DNA from: the human T2T-CHM13v2.0 reference genome, Homo sapiens
NCBI RefSeq assembly: GCF_009914755.1
Contig: NC_060932.1
Direction: 5' to 3' (one strand)
Length of the DNA: 64,000 nucleotides
Under the pieces are notes generated by a model. The model ran no database searches, was not told the DNA's origin, and worked only from the letters and a program-made list of their open reading frames with translations. The number at the start of each line of letters is the position of its first letter. Position 1 is the stretch's first letter. Shown piece by piece: positions 1 to 15,614 of this stretch. A program made the translations under genes and the position numbers.

Positions 1-815
<815 letters not shown>

Positions 816-2060
816 TAAAGAAATCCTGTGGGTGGCATATATGTAAAAAGATACATAGAACACAAGTACTGCAATTCACCAGTGGCTTCTGATAGGGGGG
901 TTAGAAAAACAATTGCAGCCAAATTTCTCTGCCTGATTAGCATTAATTTACTCACAATTTGAAGAAACAACCATTAGCTTAGGAGTATCAGACATTAGTA
1001 GCAGTAGGCCAAGTGACAATCATTGCCAACTTCTTCCCCTGCCAAGGTTTGGGATGCCTGCCTGGATACAGTAGCACGCGATTGTTGGCCACTGTTTTAG
1101 CCACTGCCATCTGTCCTGTTTCCCATATAAATTCTCCCTCTTGCTGACAGATATATATGGAATTCTGTAGAAGGCATTCCAAGGCAAGGGTGTTTTTGTC
1201 ATTTAAGTCTGCTCAGGTCTCTGCCATGACTTATCCATGTCCCGATTTGCAAGGCAGCTTTCAATGTAGCTCCCTGTGAATCCTTTTAGGTACTGGCTTA
1301 TTTACTGCTTCCTGCTGCAGCCAGGGCTCACTCTGTGACTCTACTTAGTGTGATTCAAAAAATGGGTTTAACAGAGCATGCATGGTATTTTGGTATCTTT
1401 GACCATATGACACTGTGGATAAAATAATCCATATATATCACATCCACTAGCACAAGACGGTAGTTGTGTTTGTCAATGTACATTTGTCTAATGCCCTCTC
1501 CTTTTTGGAGACTTGCCAGTGCTTACAATGACAGAAAAAGACATCTAGGCATTATTAGCCTATGGTAGAAGTAGGTTTCCAGGGAGCTGAGGAGCATGGT
1601 TGCCCATGGTGATTGGCCATTTTTGTCAAAGACTTAGTTGGAAGCAAGCCCAGAACTTTCTATTTATTTGCATTCTATTCAACACTTTGTGCTGTACCGG
1701 GGTTAAATGAGTAATAAATCTGAAACTAACTTTACCCAAAATGAATTTATCCTTTAAAGAGCTGCGAGGCTTACTCCTTGGATCAGCAATAAACAGGAAA
1801 CATCTAAATCTAAGGCTGCCTTTAATTCACATACCAGGTTAACATAAAATGTTTCTGATAAAGTGTGGGGCTTAGTGACACTTCAACTCTCCTTATGTTA
1901 CTGAAACAAAATTCATTAAAGCCACTCTGAAAAGTGCAAAGAAAGATCTTATTAAACTTCTATTATCTAAGTTTAACTCTCTATCATCCTTCTTTTCTTG
2001 ATCTTTCAACTCTTAGAACAGAAAAAAAAAGAAGACATACAGATGCATGCATGCACATGC

Positions 2061-2086
2061 AGAGAGAGAGAGAAAGAGAGAGAGAG
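2061..2086. repeat. (GA)n microsatellite
   Basis: agagagagagagaaagagagagagag. Confidence 0.9.
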
Positions 2087-2589
2087 GTGTATTTATTCTT
2101 TAAAAAGGTCATAACGGTAGTCTATCATGTTAAAAAATAAAACATTATATTGTCTATAGCCTAACACTCTATCCCTTTCTCAAAATAGTTCTAATTATAA
2201 CATTATCTCCTGCTTTAAATACAAAACTTTTTTAAAAATTAGAAATGTTTTAGAGAAAACTATAGGCTAAATATAAACTGAAACTAAATTGTAACATTAT
2301 ATTGATTTAAACAAATGATGTGTTTTTACTTGGAAAATCACATAACCTATGAAAAAAGGTTGAGTCAACTTTAGTAGTGATGGGATAACACTTGACTGCA
2401 TGGAAGATAGGAAAAAGGGATGATGAAATTAAAACAACAAACTGCCTTTATTTCATTACCTTTTAAATTATCCTTTAAATGTCAGTGCATTTACAATGTG
2501 CACCTAAATTTTACGGATTTTTTTTAACTAATATCAATGAGAAGAATCTTAAAATGGAAATTATTCAGGAGTGAAGTAGGAAGTAATGT

Positions 2590-2810
2590 ACTGAAATGGA
2601 ATGCACCCTGAATTTGGAATTTGAAACCTTGATTGCTCATTTAGCCCTTGCTTACTGCTCCTTTGATAGCTGAGATTAGTTGAAATTTACTTTGATTATT
2701 TGCTAGTGGGAGTAATAAGGTATACTTTTCTCAGAGTTATCATAAGAATTTATTCACTGCAAGAAATTAGTCACACGTGTCTGGGACCATATCTGGCTAG
2801 CAATAGACAT
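2590..2810 (+). mobile_element. MIR SINE, degraded
   Basis: Faint MIR core and tail pattern (agtgggagtaataaggtatacttttctcagagttatcataagaattt...). Confidence 0.5.
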
Positions 2811-3385
2811 AGAGAATGCAAGAACAGAAATGCATGCATATCCCTGGAGAGGATACCCTTAGGTAGAATGGTTATCATTTAAAAATTACTTCTTTTTGTA
2901 GCTTTCCCTTTGGAAATTGAGTTTAGGCTGAAGATGGCTTGAAAATGAGGTGAGAACTTCACTTTGAATTCTTTGCCTTATGGTAGCAAGTTGAGTTCTC
3001 ACTCAGAAGTCAAATACATGCAATCTAAAATCCAAACTCACAACCTAGCTATCACAGACTTGCCTTCTCACCCCAAAGAATTACAAAACCTTGACAACTT
3101 ATCTAAAAACAACTGCCTTTATATCACTGTAGATAGCACACAACACAGGGTGGAAAGGTGAGCAGCTTTTACAATAAGGAAATTTCCAAAGGAGAGAGGG
3201 AAGGGAGCCAAAGAAGGAGACTCCATGATAGGTGTAAAATTTACCCTCGAGTATCTGGCTTCATGAGGAGGATGGCTGCAGGGGCTGCTGAGATGATGAG
3301 AGGTGTTGGTAGCCGCACAGTGAACAGGACACGGTAGAGTTTAAACTCAGGCAGAGAGGAATCTCCTTAGAGGAAATCCCAGGGT

Positions 3386-3695
<310 letters not shown>

Positions 3696-3925
3696 ACCAC
3701 AGGTTTTTATTTAAGTCTCAGGAAAGATCAGGCCCTGGGTGAAGGTGCCATACTGAACACCCAGAATCACTTTTCTGAGGTGCTTATGTGGTTAAGGAAG
3801 AGATAAAATTACAACTTTAAAGCAGAATACAGTAATACATCGAAGGAAAGTTTTGTAATATTGTAAAAGTATCTTCAACTAAAAAGATAATACCCATGCA
3901 CATTTAAAAAACGAACTATTTTTGA

Positions 3926-4306
3926 TGTCTGACTGCTGAGTGCTTTCAAGGCGAACCCTTCTGCTCCTGCTCTACCTGGCTCACCCATGGGCAAGCTGAC
4001 ACACAAGCCAGGGTCCCCAGCCTTGGGCTCCATCAGGAAGTTCGAGCCAGGCAGGCACAGCCCACGTGTGGGAACCCTCATGGGTTCCCCACAGAATCCA
4101 CCAAACTCCATGCTAGTCCCCGTTTCCCGCTTTTTAAGCCATTTTGGACGGTATCGGAGCTCACCCTGCCCTTGCAGGGAAGTCTCATTATGTGAATAGT
4201 AAACATCTTCCTACACTCTCGGCACCTGTGTGGAGTCATCACTCTCTACCTCCAAGTAAAATTTTGGGAGTGGAGCCCACCCTGTTAGTGTGGAGAGAAC
4301 ACAACA
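3926..4306 (+). mobile_element. ERVL-type solo LTR (MER54/MER73/MER74-like)
   Basis: 3' end tgtgtggagtcatcactctctacctccaagtaaaattttgggagtgg...cacaaca resembles this LTR group. GC-richer island in AT-rich flanks. Confidence 0.6.
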
Positions 4307-4399
4307 ACTGTAAAAATAATGCTATATTGATGATAATAATAATTATAATGATTTAATACTTCATTGATTAAGATAAAAAAGGAGACACAACCATGAGAG

Positions 4400-7300
4400 A
4401 TTGTTAATAATTTTCTATTAGAATACTTTATAATAAAATTTACCAGTTGTATAATTTAAATACATATAGTTTGTTCTGTGCCAATTATAGTTCAACAAAG
4501 TTGATTAAAGGAAAATATTTTGAAACTAGATAAACTGAATTTAGAAATCCAGATACATAAAATTTACAACAGGTCCTTTTCAATACAAGATGTAGAAAAA
4601 CTTAAACAACAAAGGGGCAAGGGTTTATCCTGCACTTTCAAACCAAAAATAGTTATCAGATGTGGCTATATTAGCATCAGATAAAAATATGTAGGGTAAG
4701 AAGTATTAAGATAGATAATGAAAGATCTTTTATATTAACAAAGGGTTTAATAATTAGAAATACATAAGACTTATATGTGGGGACAATTAATAACAATTTC
4801 AAGGCATAGAATATAGAAAGAAATTAGATAAGAAGTAGATAATCCTGGAATTATGTTTAGGAATTTTAACATATATCCTCAGCAAGTGATAAGAAAAATG
4901 GTTAGAAAAGCACTAATACAGTAGAAAATTTAAACATAAAGGTGAACTGACTTGTATTAATTGATATTTTTGGAAGGCTATATATCCAACAAGTAGAGCA
5001 TGCAAATTCTCCTAATACATAGACAACCCATTGACCAAAATAGACCATATATCTGGCAAGGGAGCACACATTGTATGTTTTAATGTTTTAAGTCATTCAG
5101 TAAATTTTTTGACTTCAGTAGAATTAAATAAAAATCAAGAATAGAAAGATAACTAAAAGATCAACATCACTGCAAATTAACAAACACATTTAAAAATAAC
5201 TCATTAAAGAATAAAAGTACAAAGGAGTTAAAAAATGCTTTAAGTTGCATGATAATAAGCATCTGACATGCAGCCAAACCATGTTTTATAGGAAAAGTTA
5301 TAGCTTTAAATGCATATACTAGAGAAGAAAATTTAAAAGCCATAAAATAAAGGATCTTGCCTTTAGCTAAGAACCATATAAATAACAGCAAATTAAGTCC
5401 ACAGAAATAAGATGGCGCAAAATAATAAACACGAAAACAGGAGTAAATAAAATTTTAAAAACAAATAAAATAGAAAAAAATCAATACAGCCAGAAATATG
5501 TTCTTTGAAAAGATTAATAAAATTCATAAATCTCCAGCATGACTAACAGAAAAATGAAGAAAAAACAATTACAAATACCAAGAATGAAATAGAGGTTCCC
5601 ACTACAAATACTACAGATATCTGAGTGACAAAGGAGAGTTATTTTTAATAAGTTTATCATAATAGATTTGAAAATTTTTATGATGTTTGCTGATCCTTTG
5701 GAAAAATATAACATAAAAATTGATACCAGGAAAAATAGAAAATATGAACAGTCTATGTCTTTAAATAAATTGAAACCATAATTAATACATTTTCATAAAG
5801 AAAACTTCAGGCTCAGATATTTTCAAAGGTGAATTCTCAAAATTTGTGAGAGAGATAATATTAAACTTGCTTGAATATTGCAGAGGATAGAAAACAGAAT
5901 ATTTCCAAATGCATTTTACAAGACTAGCAAAAGCTTGATAGCAAAACTTCATAAGGGCATTTCACTGAAGGAAAATTACTGGGCAATACCTCTCATGAAT
6001 ACGTATATATTCATATCTATATACATATATATGTTCTCATATACTTTGTCTTATATATTCTTATATATAGATATATATGATTATATATTATATTCTTATA
6101 TATTCTCTCATTATATATTCACAAACACACACACACAAGAATACTAAAGAAAATACTAGCAAATAGAATGTGCTTATGTATGAAATAATTAATAAATGAT
6201 AAATAATAAAAAGGTATATAATAATGGAATGTATTCCAAAAATATGGTTTATTTAATATATTAAAAACAAATGAATGTAATTTATCACATTTAATTGAAT
6301 AAATAATAAAATAGTAATTTAATATAAAAAAGGATTTCATAAATAAAAAATCATGATTAAATTCTCAGCAAATCAGGAATAGAGGGGAACTTTTGCAATC
6401 TGATAAAGAACATGTTATAAAAATGACAGCTAACATCATACTTCATACTTAATGAGGAAATTTCAGAAGCTTTTTTCTTATGATTCTGTATAAAACATGG
6501 ATGAGTATGTCCGTGAAAAGAGTCAAACTCTGTAAAATATTTGAAGAGATGCATTCTGAGCCAAATATGAGTGCCCATGGCCGGTGACACAGCCCTCAGC
6601 AGGTCCTGGGAACATGTGCCCAAGGAGGTCGGGGCGCAGCTTGATTTCATACAATTTAGGGAGGCATGAGACATCAATCAAATACATTTAAGAAATACAT
6701 AAGGTGGGACAACTGGAAGTGTGTTGTGGGGGGTCTGCCAGGCTAGACCTGGTAAGGTAAGTTTAAAGATTTTCTTTAAACTGGTTGAGCTTGTCTAAAG
6801 ACCTGGGATCATAGAACGTAAATGTTCAAGTTAAGATAAAAGAGTATGGAGACCAAGGTTCTTCTGAAGTCTTATAGTGGCTGCTCTTAGAGACAATAGA
6901 TGACAAATGTGTTCTATTCAGATCTTTAAAAGGTGCTAGACTCTCTTAGTTAATCTCATTAGGATTGGGAGGGCCTGAAAGAAAAAGATCTAGCTATGTT
7001 AATAGAGATTTTTTACAGATGCAGATTTTCCCTCACAAAGGGCAGTTTTGCAGGGCCATTTCAAGATATGGCAAAGAAACATGTTTTGGGGTAAAATATT
7101 TTGAGTTTCTTCTTTGTCACATAATGTTATGCCAGAGTCAGACTGGAAAGTAAATCATGGTATATAGGATTAAATAAGACACATCTGATGAGAATTTGTG
7201 GCTTATAGGGCCTGACTCTCCAGACCCCTTAGATAGGAATTTGGGCAAGATAAAAAAAAAAATCAGAGCTTAGTCCTCAAGTACTACCATTCCAAACCCA

Positions 7301-9135
7301 AATTGTACAAAAGCCCCTAAATAGAAAATAATGTGAGACAGAGTGAAATAAAACGCAATCTAAAATATTATTCAGTCTACTATAACAACAAACGAACTCA
7401 ATGAGGTTCCTGGAAACAAAATCAGTACAAAAATAATCCATTTTATTTGCATGTATCAGCAAGACAGAGGGAACAAAATACAAAACACCTACTATAGCAG
7501 TATTTGAAAAACATCAAATACTTAGAAATGAGTGAACTAAAATATGAGCAGGATTAATATGCTGTAAATTGAGAAATATTCTTGAGAAAAACTCAAGGAC
7601 ACCCACATCAATGGAGAGAACTGTATAATGTTCATGCATCAGATAACTTTATACATGCCAATTTTTCCAAATTCATCTATGGATTCAATAAGATAAAAGT
7701 TAAATTAAGCAAGCCATCTGAGAAGATTAACATTACTATTAATTTATATGGAAATACAAAGATCTACTACCAGGCATGGCTATCTTCAAGTTCAAAGGTA
7801 GAGGTCACACACTACCAGATAATAAGGCTTTTTGTAAAGATCCAGAATTTAGGAGTATTTGGTATTGACAAATAGATCAATGGGACAGACTTGAGTGTCC
7901 AGAAATAAACCCAGTCACATAAGTTAATCTGATTTTATAACAAAGGCATAATTGGCAGTTCAACTGAGAATGACTAGTCTTCTCAATTAATTGTATTGAA
8001 TCACTTGGATAATTATTTTAAACACTGGCAAAATTTAACTTGTGATGGATCATTGACTTAAAGTTAGTAAGTTAAACTTTCAAGCTTCTAAAGAAAAACA
8101 GCTAGGTGGATAGGTTTATTATTAAGATAGAAAGAGGAATTTGTTAAATAGGACTGAGAAAGCATTTTGCATAAATGATTGACTTAAAGAATAGTTTTTC
8201 ACTCATCAAAATATCATAAGTAAGTGAAAAGTCAGCCACAAACTGGGATAAAATATTTGTAATATATTCATTTGATAATGGACTCATCTCCATAAAATAT
8301 ATAGAACTATTTCAAATCAATAATAAAAGAGAGACAACTCAATTAAAAAATGAGCAAATGTCTTCAATAAAGGATTTACAAAGGAGAATATCAAAATACC
8401 CATTAACATGTAACAAGTTGTTAAACATGATTATTCATCAGACAAGTAGAAATTTAAAAGTAACAAGGAGATACTAATTAATCCTACCACAATAGCATAA
8501 ATTTAGAAGACAGATAACACCCAGAATCTAAAACAATGACAACTCTCATACCTTTTTGATTTGAGATAAGTAGATGACAGCTATCGAAGAAACCTAAGCA
8601 GGACCTGGACAGCTAAACACTGGCATAAATTACAAACCAATAATTCTACTCTTGAATATAGCAAGCCTAACAAAATGATGGATTTTGGCTATGAAAATAC
8701 ACAACATACAGGAATGTTAATACCAACTTTATTTATAATAGCCTCAGATGGGATCAAGTCAATATTGATTAATGGTAGAATGGTAAGTTGGGGTATAGCC
8801 ATGCAATGGAATAGCACACAGCACTATACTGATTTGACAACATGAAAAAAATCTGACGGATATATTAGTGAATAAAATAATAAGACAGAAGATATACAGT
8901 GCATAAGACAATGTAGTCCAAGGAAAGGAAAAAATAATCTATAGAGATTGACTGCCTTGCACGGTTTGTATGAGTTGTTAGGGGCATAAAAAGGCTTTCT
9001 TGGGTCCTGGAATAGTCTCATAATTAATTGGGGGTGCTTCTAAACATGTATACCTTGGTAGAAATTCACAGAGCTGTATATTTAAAATAAGCTCTTTTGC
9101 TGTAAATTATACACCATTTTAAAACATTTAACTTT
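4400..9135 (+). mobile_element. Old L1M element (degenerate ORF2 through 3' UTR), interrupted by a MER4E LTR
   Basis: A-rich L1 ORF2 landmarks: gaccaaaatagaccatat, ggaaaagttatagctttaaatgcatatact, ttctttgaaaagattaataaaatt, caaatagatcaatgggacag, ataatagcc...caatggaata. No long ORF remains. Confidence 0.9.
6508..7279 (-). mobile_element. MER4E-like ERV1 solo LTR
   Basis: The reverse strand starts TGAGGACTAAGCTCTGATTTTT...TATCTTGCCCAAATTCCTATCTAAGGGG and ends in CA. Exact 4-bp TSD AGTA at 6504-6507 and 7280-7283. Host L1 ORF2 resumes across it. Confidence 0.92.
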
Positions 9136-9149
9136 TAACAGTGTACTAG

Positions 9150-9300
9150 TGTGTCACATTGAACAGCCTATTTAAACTCACTCAGTCTTGACTCTTTCAC
9201 ATGCAAAATGAGATAAATAATACTAACTATAATATAGGGTTATTACAAAGATTAAATGAGATAAGGCATAATAATAGCACACAGTCGAGCATGTAGAAAA
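9150..9300 (+). mobile_element. MIR SINE
   Basis: ctcagtcttg...atgcaaaatgagataaataatact...gggttattacaaagattaaatgagataa is the MIR core. Confidence 0.75.
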
Positions 9301-9610
9301 TTTGCATCACTTTCCCACGAAAACCTAGCTTTGATTTTTATCCCACTCGATTTAAATCATTTTTTGTCAGTCACGTTGGTATTCTATCTCCATCTAAATG
9401 TCCATGTCATAAGGATTTCTAAACATCTTATATAGCACAAAATATGAATTTTCTTGATAAAAAATGAAACATGTCAATTTGAGAGTACAATTGCTTTAAT
9501 ATCAGAAAAAGAAAACAAGAATTTCAAGAAGTAGAGAATCATTTTCAAAACAAAAGGAATAATTTTAAAAACAAAAAAGATATTGTTTAAATTTAAAATA
9601 GTTGCACATT

Positions 9611-9805
9611 TAGTCGTCAACCACGGTAGAGGTTTTCCCCCAGGGAAGACTGTGCAGTATCTGGAGGTAGATTTGCTTGTCATGAGGGGAGTGTACAGCC
9701 GTCACTTAGTGAATAGTGAAAACAGATGTGGCTAAATATCCACTAATGCAAAAGCCAAACCCCAATAGCAAAGAGGCATCAGCAGATGATGTCAGTAGGG
9801 AAGCA
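9611..9805 (+). mobile_element. MER20-like hAT-Charlie DNA transposon
   Basis: ttttcccccagggaagac...tatctggaggtagatttgcttgtca...ggctaaatatcc..taatgca...caaagag is colinear with the MER20 consensus. Confidence 0.7.
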
Positions 9806-9838
9806 GATGAGCATGTCCTGCACCCCAGTGCCGAATCG

Positions 9839-10432
9839 TGAGCTTCAGGCAGTGTTCATAGACACTCAGGATCCATACTCAGGTTCCCAGCACAGGATCC
9901 TGAGCACCTGTGAATACTGCCTGGAGCCCCAGCGCAGGATCATGAGTATCTCTGAACATTGCCTGAAAACCCGTGCAAGATCCTGAGTATCTATGAACAC
10001 TTCCTGAAGCCCCAGAGAAGGACCCTGAGTATCCATGAACACTGCCTGGAGCCCCACGCAGGATCATGAATATCTATGAATACTGCCTGGAGCCCCAGAG
10101 AAGGATCCTCTGAGTATCTATGAACACTGCCTGGAACCCCGTGCAAGATCCTGAGTATCTATGAACACTGCCTGAAGCCCCAGAGAAGGACCCTGAGTAT
10201 CCATGAACACTGCCTGGAGCCCCACGCAGGATCATGAATATCTATGAATACTGCCTGGAGCCCCAGAGAAGGATCCTCTGAGTATGTATGAACACTGCCT
10301 GGAGCCTCACGCAAGATCCTGAGTATCTGTGAACACTGCCTGAAGCCCCAGAGAAGGATCATGAGTATCTATGAACACTGCCTGGAGCTCCAGAGAAGGA
10401 TCATGAGTATCTATTTATGAACACTGCCTGGG
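9839..10432. repeat. Minisatellite/VNTR, 41-43 bp unit, ~13 direct copies plus one inverted copy
   Basis: Unit approximates GGATCCTGAGTATCTATGAACACTGCCTGGAGCCCCAGAGAA. Units start at 9895, 9937, 9978, 10020, 10061, 10103, 10146, 10188, 10229, 10271, 10314, 10356, 10398. Inverted unit at 9839-9874. Confidence 0.98.
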
Positions 10433-10504
10433 AGGGTCCAGGGAAAATCAAAGTCTCACTTTTCCCCAGAGAGAGATTGCAAGTTGTTGGTTTTTGAAAT
10501 CCAC

Positions 10505-11126
<622 letters not shown>

Positions 11127-11225
11127 ATATTAGGATAGGGCATTATAAGGCAATTAATTCAAGAAAATTCAAAAAAAAGTTTTTTCTTCTTCCAACCACT
11201 CCACTTATTAGCAAACCAAGTGTAT

Positions 11226-11922
11226 TGTACTAGTCCATTCTGGCACTGCTATGAAGAGCTACCTGAAACTGGGTAATTTCCAAAGAATAAAGGTTTAATT
11301 GGCTCACTGTTTCACAGGCTCTGCAGGAAGCATGGCTGGGGAGGCCTCAGGGAACTTTTTTTTTTTTCCTAAGACAGCCTTTCACTTTGCTACCCAGTCT
11401 GGAATGCAATGGCACCGTCTCGCCTCACTGCAACCTCGGCCTCCTGGGCTCAAGCTATTCTCCAGTCTCAGCTTCTTGAGTAGGTGGGACTATAGCCACT
11501 CTGCCCAGCTGATTTTTATATACATATTTTTTTGTAGAGATGGGGTTTCACCATGTTTCTGAGGCCGGACTCAAACTCCTGGGCTCAAGCAGTCTTCCCA
11601 CCTCAGCCTCCCAAAGTGTTGCAATTATAGTTTTGAGCCACCATGCCTGGCCATCAGGAAACTTTCAATCATGACAGAAGGTGAAGGGGAATCAGGCACA
11701 TATTATATGGCTGGAGAAGGAGGAAGAGAGAGAGGGAGGAGGTGTCACACACTTTTAAACAACCAGATCTCATGATAACTCATTATCACACACTATCACG
11801 AGGACGGCAAGGGGAAAATCCAACCCCATGCTCTAGTCACTGCCCACCAGGCCCTCCTCCAGCACTGAGATCTACAAGCAGACATGGGATTTGGGTGGGG
11901 ACACAAATCCAAACCATATTAC
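11226..11922 (-). mobile_element. MST-type MaLR LTR (MSTA-like) interrupted by AluJ
   Basis: tagtccattctggcactgctatgaagagctacctgaaactgggtaattt...gatttgggtggggacacaaatccaaaccatat is the reverse of the MST consensus. Confidence 0.9.
11359..11652 (-). mobile_element. AluJ
   Basis: J diagnostics (ctcctgggctcaagc in both arms). TSD tcagggaacttt (11347-11358) / tcaggaaacttt (11654-11665). Confidence 0.93.
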
Positions 11923-12784
11923 ATCTGTACACAATTTATCCCATATTCCTCATTCACAAAAAGTAAATGGTAATAATGACATGCACCTCTTGTATCTAGT
12001 TTAAGTATTAAATGAATAAATATCTAAAATGACTACACTGATTTCCAATGTCTAGTATTCCATGCATAATAGCTTTTCTAAATCTTGTTCCTTGTTTTAT
12101 TATTAAATAAAATACATATACCTGAATTGAGAAATAGCCAACAAATTAAAGGGTTGTCTTTTTTAAAATACTGTAATATTTTAATATTTTTGGAGTAATC
12201 TGTGCATGTCCCTTGGCAGCTTGATGACACGACTCCCTAACAAACCTACAGAGGCTGGAATGGCAGAGTCACCTGCCAAACGCACAGCAGCAGGAGTGCA
12301 AATATTCCACATGGGCTTCATTGGGGGCACTCTTGAAGAACAGGGGGTCAACTGTTGAGGACACAATAACATGTCTACTACAGACAGGATGAATATTGCT
12401 TTCAACATTGCCCACCTCCAAATGCCTTCCACATGGAAAGTCATGAATCAGTGTCTTAATGAGTATATCAACAGGGGATTGCAAATGAAGTAATGAACTT
12501 GAAACACGTCAGCGTCTACTTGGACAGGGGCTCCATACTTGTTCTTTACGATCTGACCACTCTGTATTCCTTTGCCCCAATTCCCATGTGTTCAGCTGAA
12601 AGAGAATTGTTTCTTTTTTCTAAGCAAAGAAGAAAGCATCAGTTCTCTTCAATGAGCAGAGAGAGCGACGTAGGACTAAGAGAATAGATACTATGAGTTG
12701 AAGCTGTGTATTTTATTTTGCATTTTCTTTACTTAAAAACTCCCCAAACATGGAAAAAAATAAGTTAAGAGTGTACCCTGTGGT

Positions 12785-13191
12785 ACTAATTACACCTAGA
12801 TTCTCTCTTCAGGGCTGGCTCACTCTTCTCACAGATGCTGAGAACATTAGCTAGTGATGGCTCTGGGCTGCACCTCCTATGGAAACTCCCTTCGCCTGCC
12901 TCGCTGAGCATGTGTCCTCCCAGGTGACAGTCCACGGCCAATAACCAATAAGGATGAAGAGACTGACTCCTTGTCTTAACTTGGAACAATTTGGAAGGGT
13001 TACCCCAGCTCCAGAAATCCCTATAAGGTTGCTTGAGGCCTCAATTGTGACCACAGGAAAGGCCCGCTCTCCCTCAGCCCAATCCTGCCTTTCTCACCCA
13101 CTTAGAGATGCATCTCCTAAGAGCACTTTCAGATAAGTTTTCCGCTCACATTTTTCACTCAGAGTCTATTTCTAGGGAACTCACTAATACA
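12785..13191 (+). mobile_element. LTR16-type ERVL LTR (LTR16C-like)
   Basis: 3' end gcccaatcctgcctttc...gagcactttcagataag...ctcagagtctatttctagggaac...taca matches the LTR16 family pattern. Confidence 0.7.
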
Positions 13192-13199
13192 AATCATTA

Positions 13200-13275
13200 T
13201 TTTACTTATTCAATATATATTTATTAAGTATCTACTGTAAAATGTAATGTGCTAGATCCTGTGGATATAATGATT
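13200..13275 (-). mobile_element. L2 3' end fragment
   Basis: ttattcaatatatatttattaagtatctactgt...gtgctagatcctgtggatata. Confidence 0.6.
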
Positions 13276-15040
13276 ACAGATTCAATTATTACATAATATT
13301 AGACAAATGTACTATTTCCCCTTTAATAAAAGGGGAAGTCAGGACCAAGCCGGGCAACATAGTGAGACTCTATCTCTATTTAGAAATAAAGGAGAGGGCA
13401 GCAGATATTTGTATTTTTTTCAGCTTCCAAGCCACAGATGAATTTTTGAATGTCTTCTACACTAAACACTAGGAATCGGCTCTTAAATGTGTCATATCTT
13501 AAAGCTGGTCGTGGTCTCTTGGGGTGAGAGGCATGTTAGGATTTCCAGCGTTATTTCTGAGTGGTACAAAGGCACAGAGCAAGAAAAGCTTAGTCCCAAA
13601 TTGCCTATTAATTTTCCATATGCATTAAGTCATTTTGCCTTCTGAAGGGTTATTTTTCTGAATTCAGAATGAGGCTGTGGAATGTGGATTAATTAATAAC
13701 TCAATTTCTATTAATTTAGCCACTAGGATTTGCAGGTGGCTGTAATGCCAGGGAAGATGAAAGACCTCATGGGAGTGACAGGTTCGGGCAGAACAGCTAC
13801 AAACAAGAAGTAACAACATTAGAGAAGAGCGGCATATGTAAGAAACAATTAGAACCATGTATGTGTTCCTAGGTAATTCAGTATTTAGACTTCAGGGTTC
13901 AGGTTCCTCAGTTCTGTCTTTCTATTTCCTAAGTGACTGAAGCCCTACTGATATAGAAGACGAAAATAATTGGGAAGTTACAAGTGAGATTGATGCTAAA
14001 GTTATTAAACCTCACACAAATTTATATGCTAGAAATCAGTAGCATTTTAAATGAGGAAATAACATAAGTACCTGCAATACAGGAAAATTGTACAGTTTTA
14101 ATGTTTTTCTGCTGATTTACACATATTATGCAAATATTATTCAACAATAACATGGAATTTTAAAATGCCAACTACAACTTCTCTGAATTGTGGTTTTTCA
14201 TTTTCTAATGCGACATAGCAAATAACGGAGCAGCCAGTCCAAATCTAATATAAGGGAAACATTTTCAAGCCAGTTTGCTGTAATTTCGTAGTACCTTTCT
14301 TGTCAAAAGTATCAATTTGTTTAAGATATCCTTTTATCGTTTCTCCTTTTTGTGCCATGAGTGAGTCAAATTCCCTACAGTTTTATCTCACAAGACATTA
14401 GATCTTAGCATCAGGTTTCTGGTTTGTTATCATCAATGAAAATATATGGATCTCAGACCTTGCGCAGATGTCAGAAATGTAAACTGCACCTAAGCTGTCC
14501 ATTGAAATGTATGCTGCCCTTAGATATTTGACTTGGTATGAAATGATTCTTCAGAAAGTGTAGAGGACTTACAAATCTGACACAGAAGGCTCCACAGATC
14601 TACTCTTCATGTGGTCTGAGAAACATTTTGGAGAGCATGACTTACCTTTGGAGCCACTGTGATCCATACAGAACAATGGAACACATTCCTGGTAAAGTTT
14701 GTGAATTTGTTGGATGAACCAAAAACAAGAAAAATTGAAGTAACCTAGAAATTCAAAGTGGAAGAAGTACCCTGGGAATAGAGGTGCAAAGAGAGAAATG
14801 GCTTTAAGTCTAGAGTCCAGGACCTGGGGCTACCTGGCCAGTATGGGAATCCTGAAGAAGGAGATGGTGAAGTGGTGGCCAGTTTCACAGAGGGAGATGC
14901 TGAAGGGAGCGGAAGCCACTGAAGAGACACTCAGTTGCAGAGACATCACATGAGAGAGGAAGAGATGAGAAAGAGAAACCCACTCAAACTTAAAAATAAA
15001 TAAATAAAAATGCCTTAGTTCTTTTAATTGAAATATTTAC

Positions 15041-15350
<310 letters not shown>

Positions 15351-15614
15351 TCAATGTTTAGACAGCCAACAATGGTGCAGAATCGCTCTGGTTTCCCTGA
15401 TTTCTGAGCTCTGCTTTCCCGTGTGTGACCCCATGCTCCAGCAGGCCTCCTTGTGTGTTGAAAGAATGGACTCCATCTCCTCTTCTTTTATTGATTGAGT
15501 TAAATAATGTGAGTAGAACAACACAGCGTGGTGTATTGATGTCAGAATATTATCCCCCAATGTATTTTTCTTAAAGTTCTACATAATTATATTAAACTGA
15601 ATATTTTCAAAGTA

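Noticed and set aside
9895-10432. CRISPR-like array
   Set aside because: Units abut directly with no unique spacers, there are no cas genes, and the context is primate DNA. It is a minisatellite.
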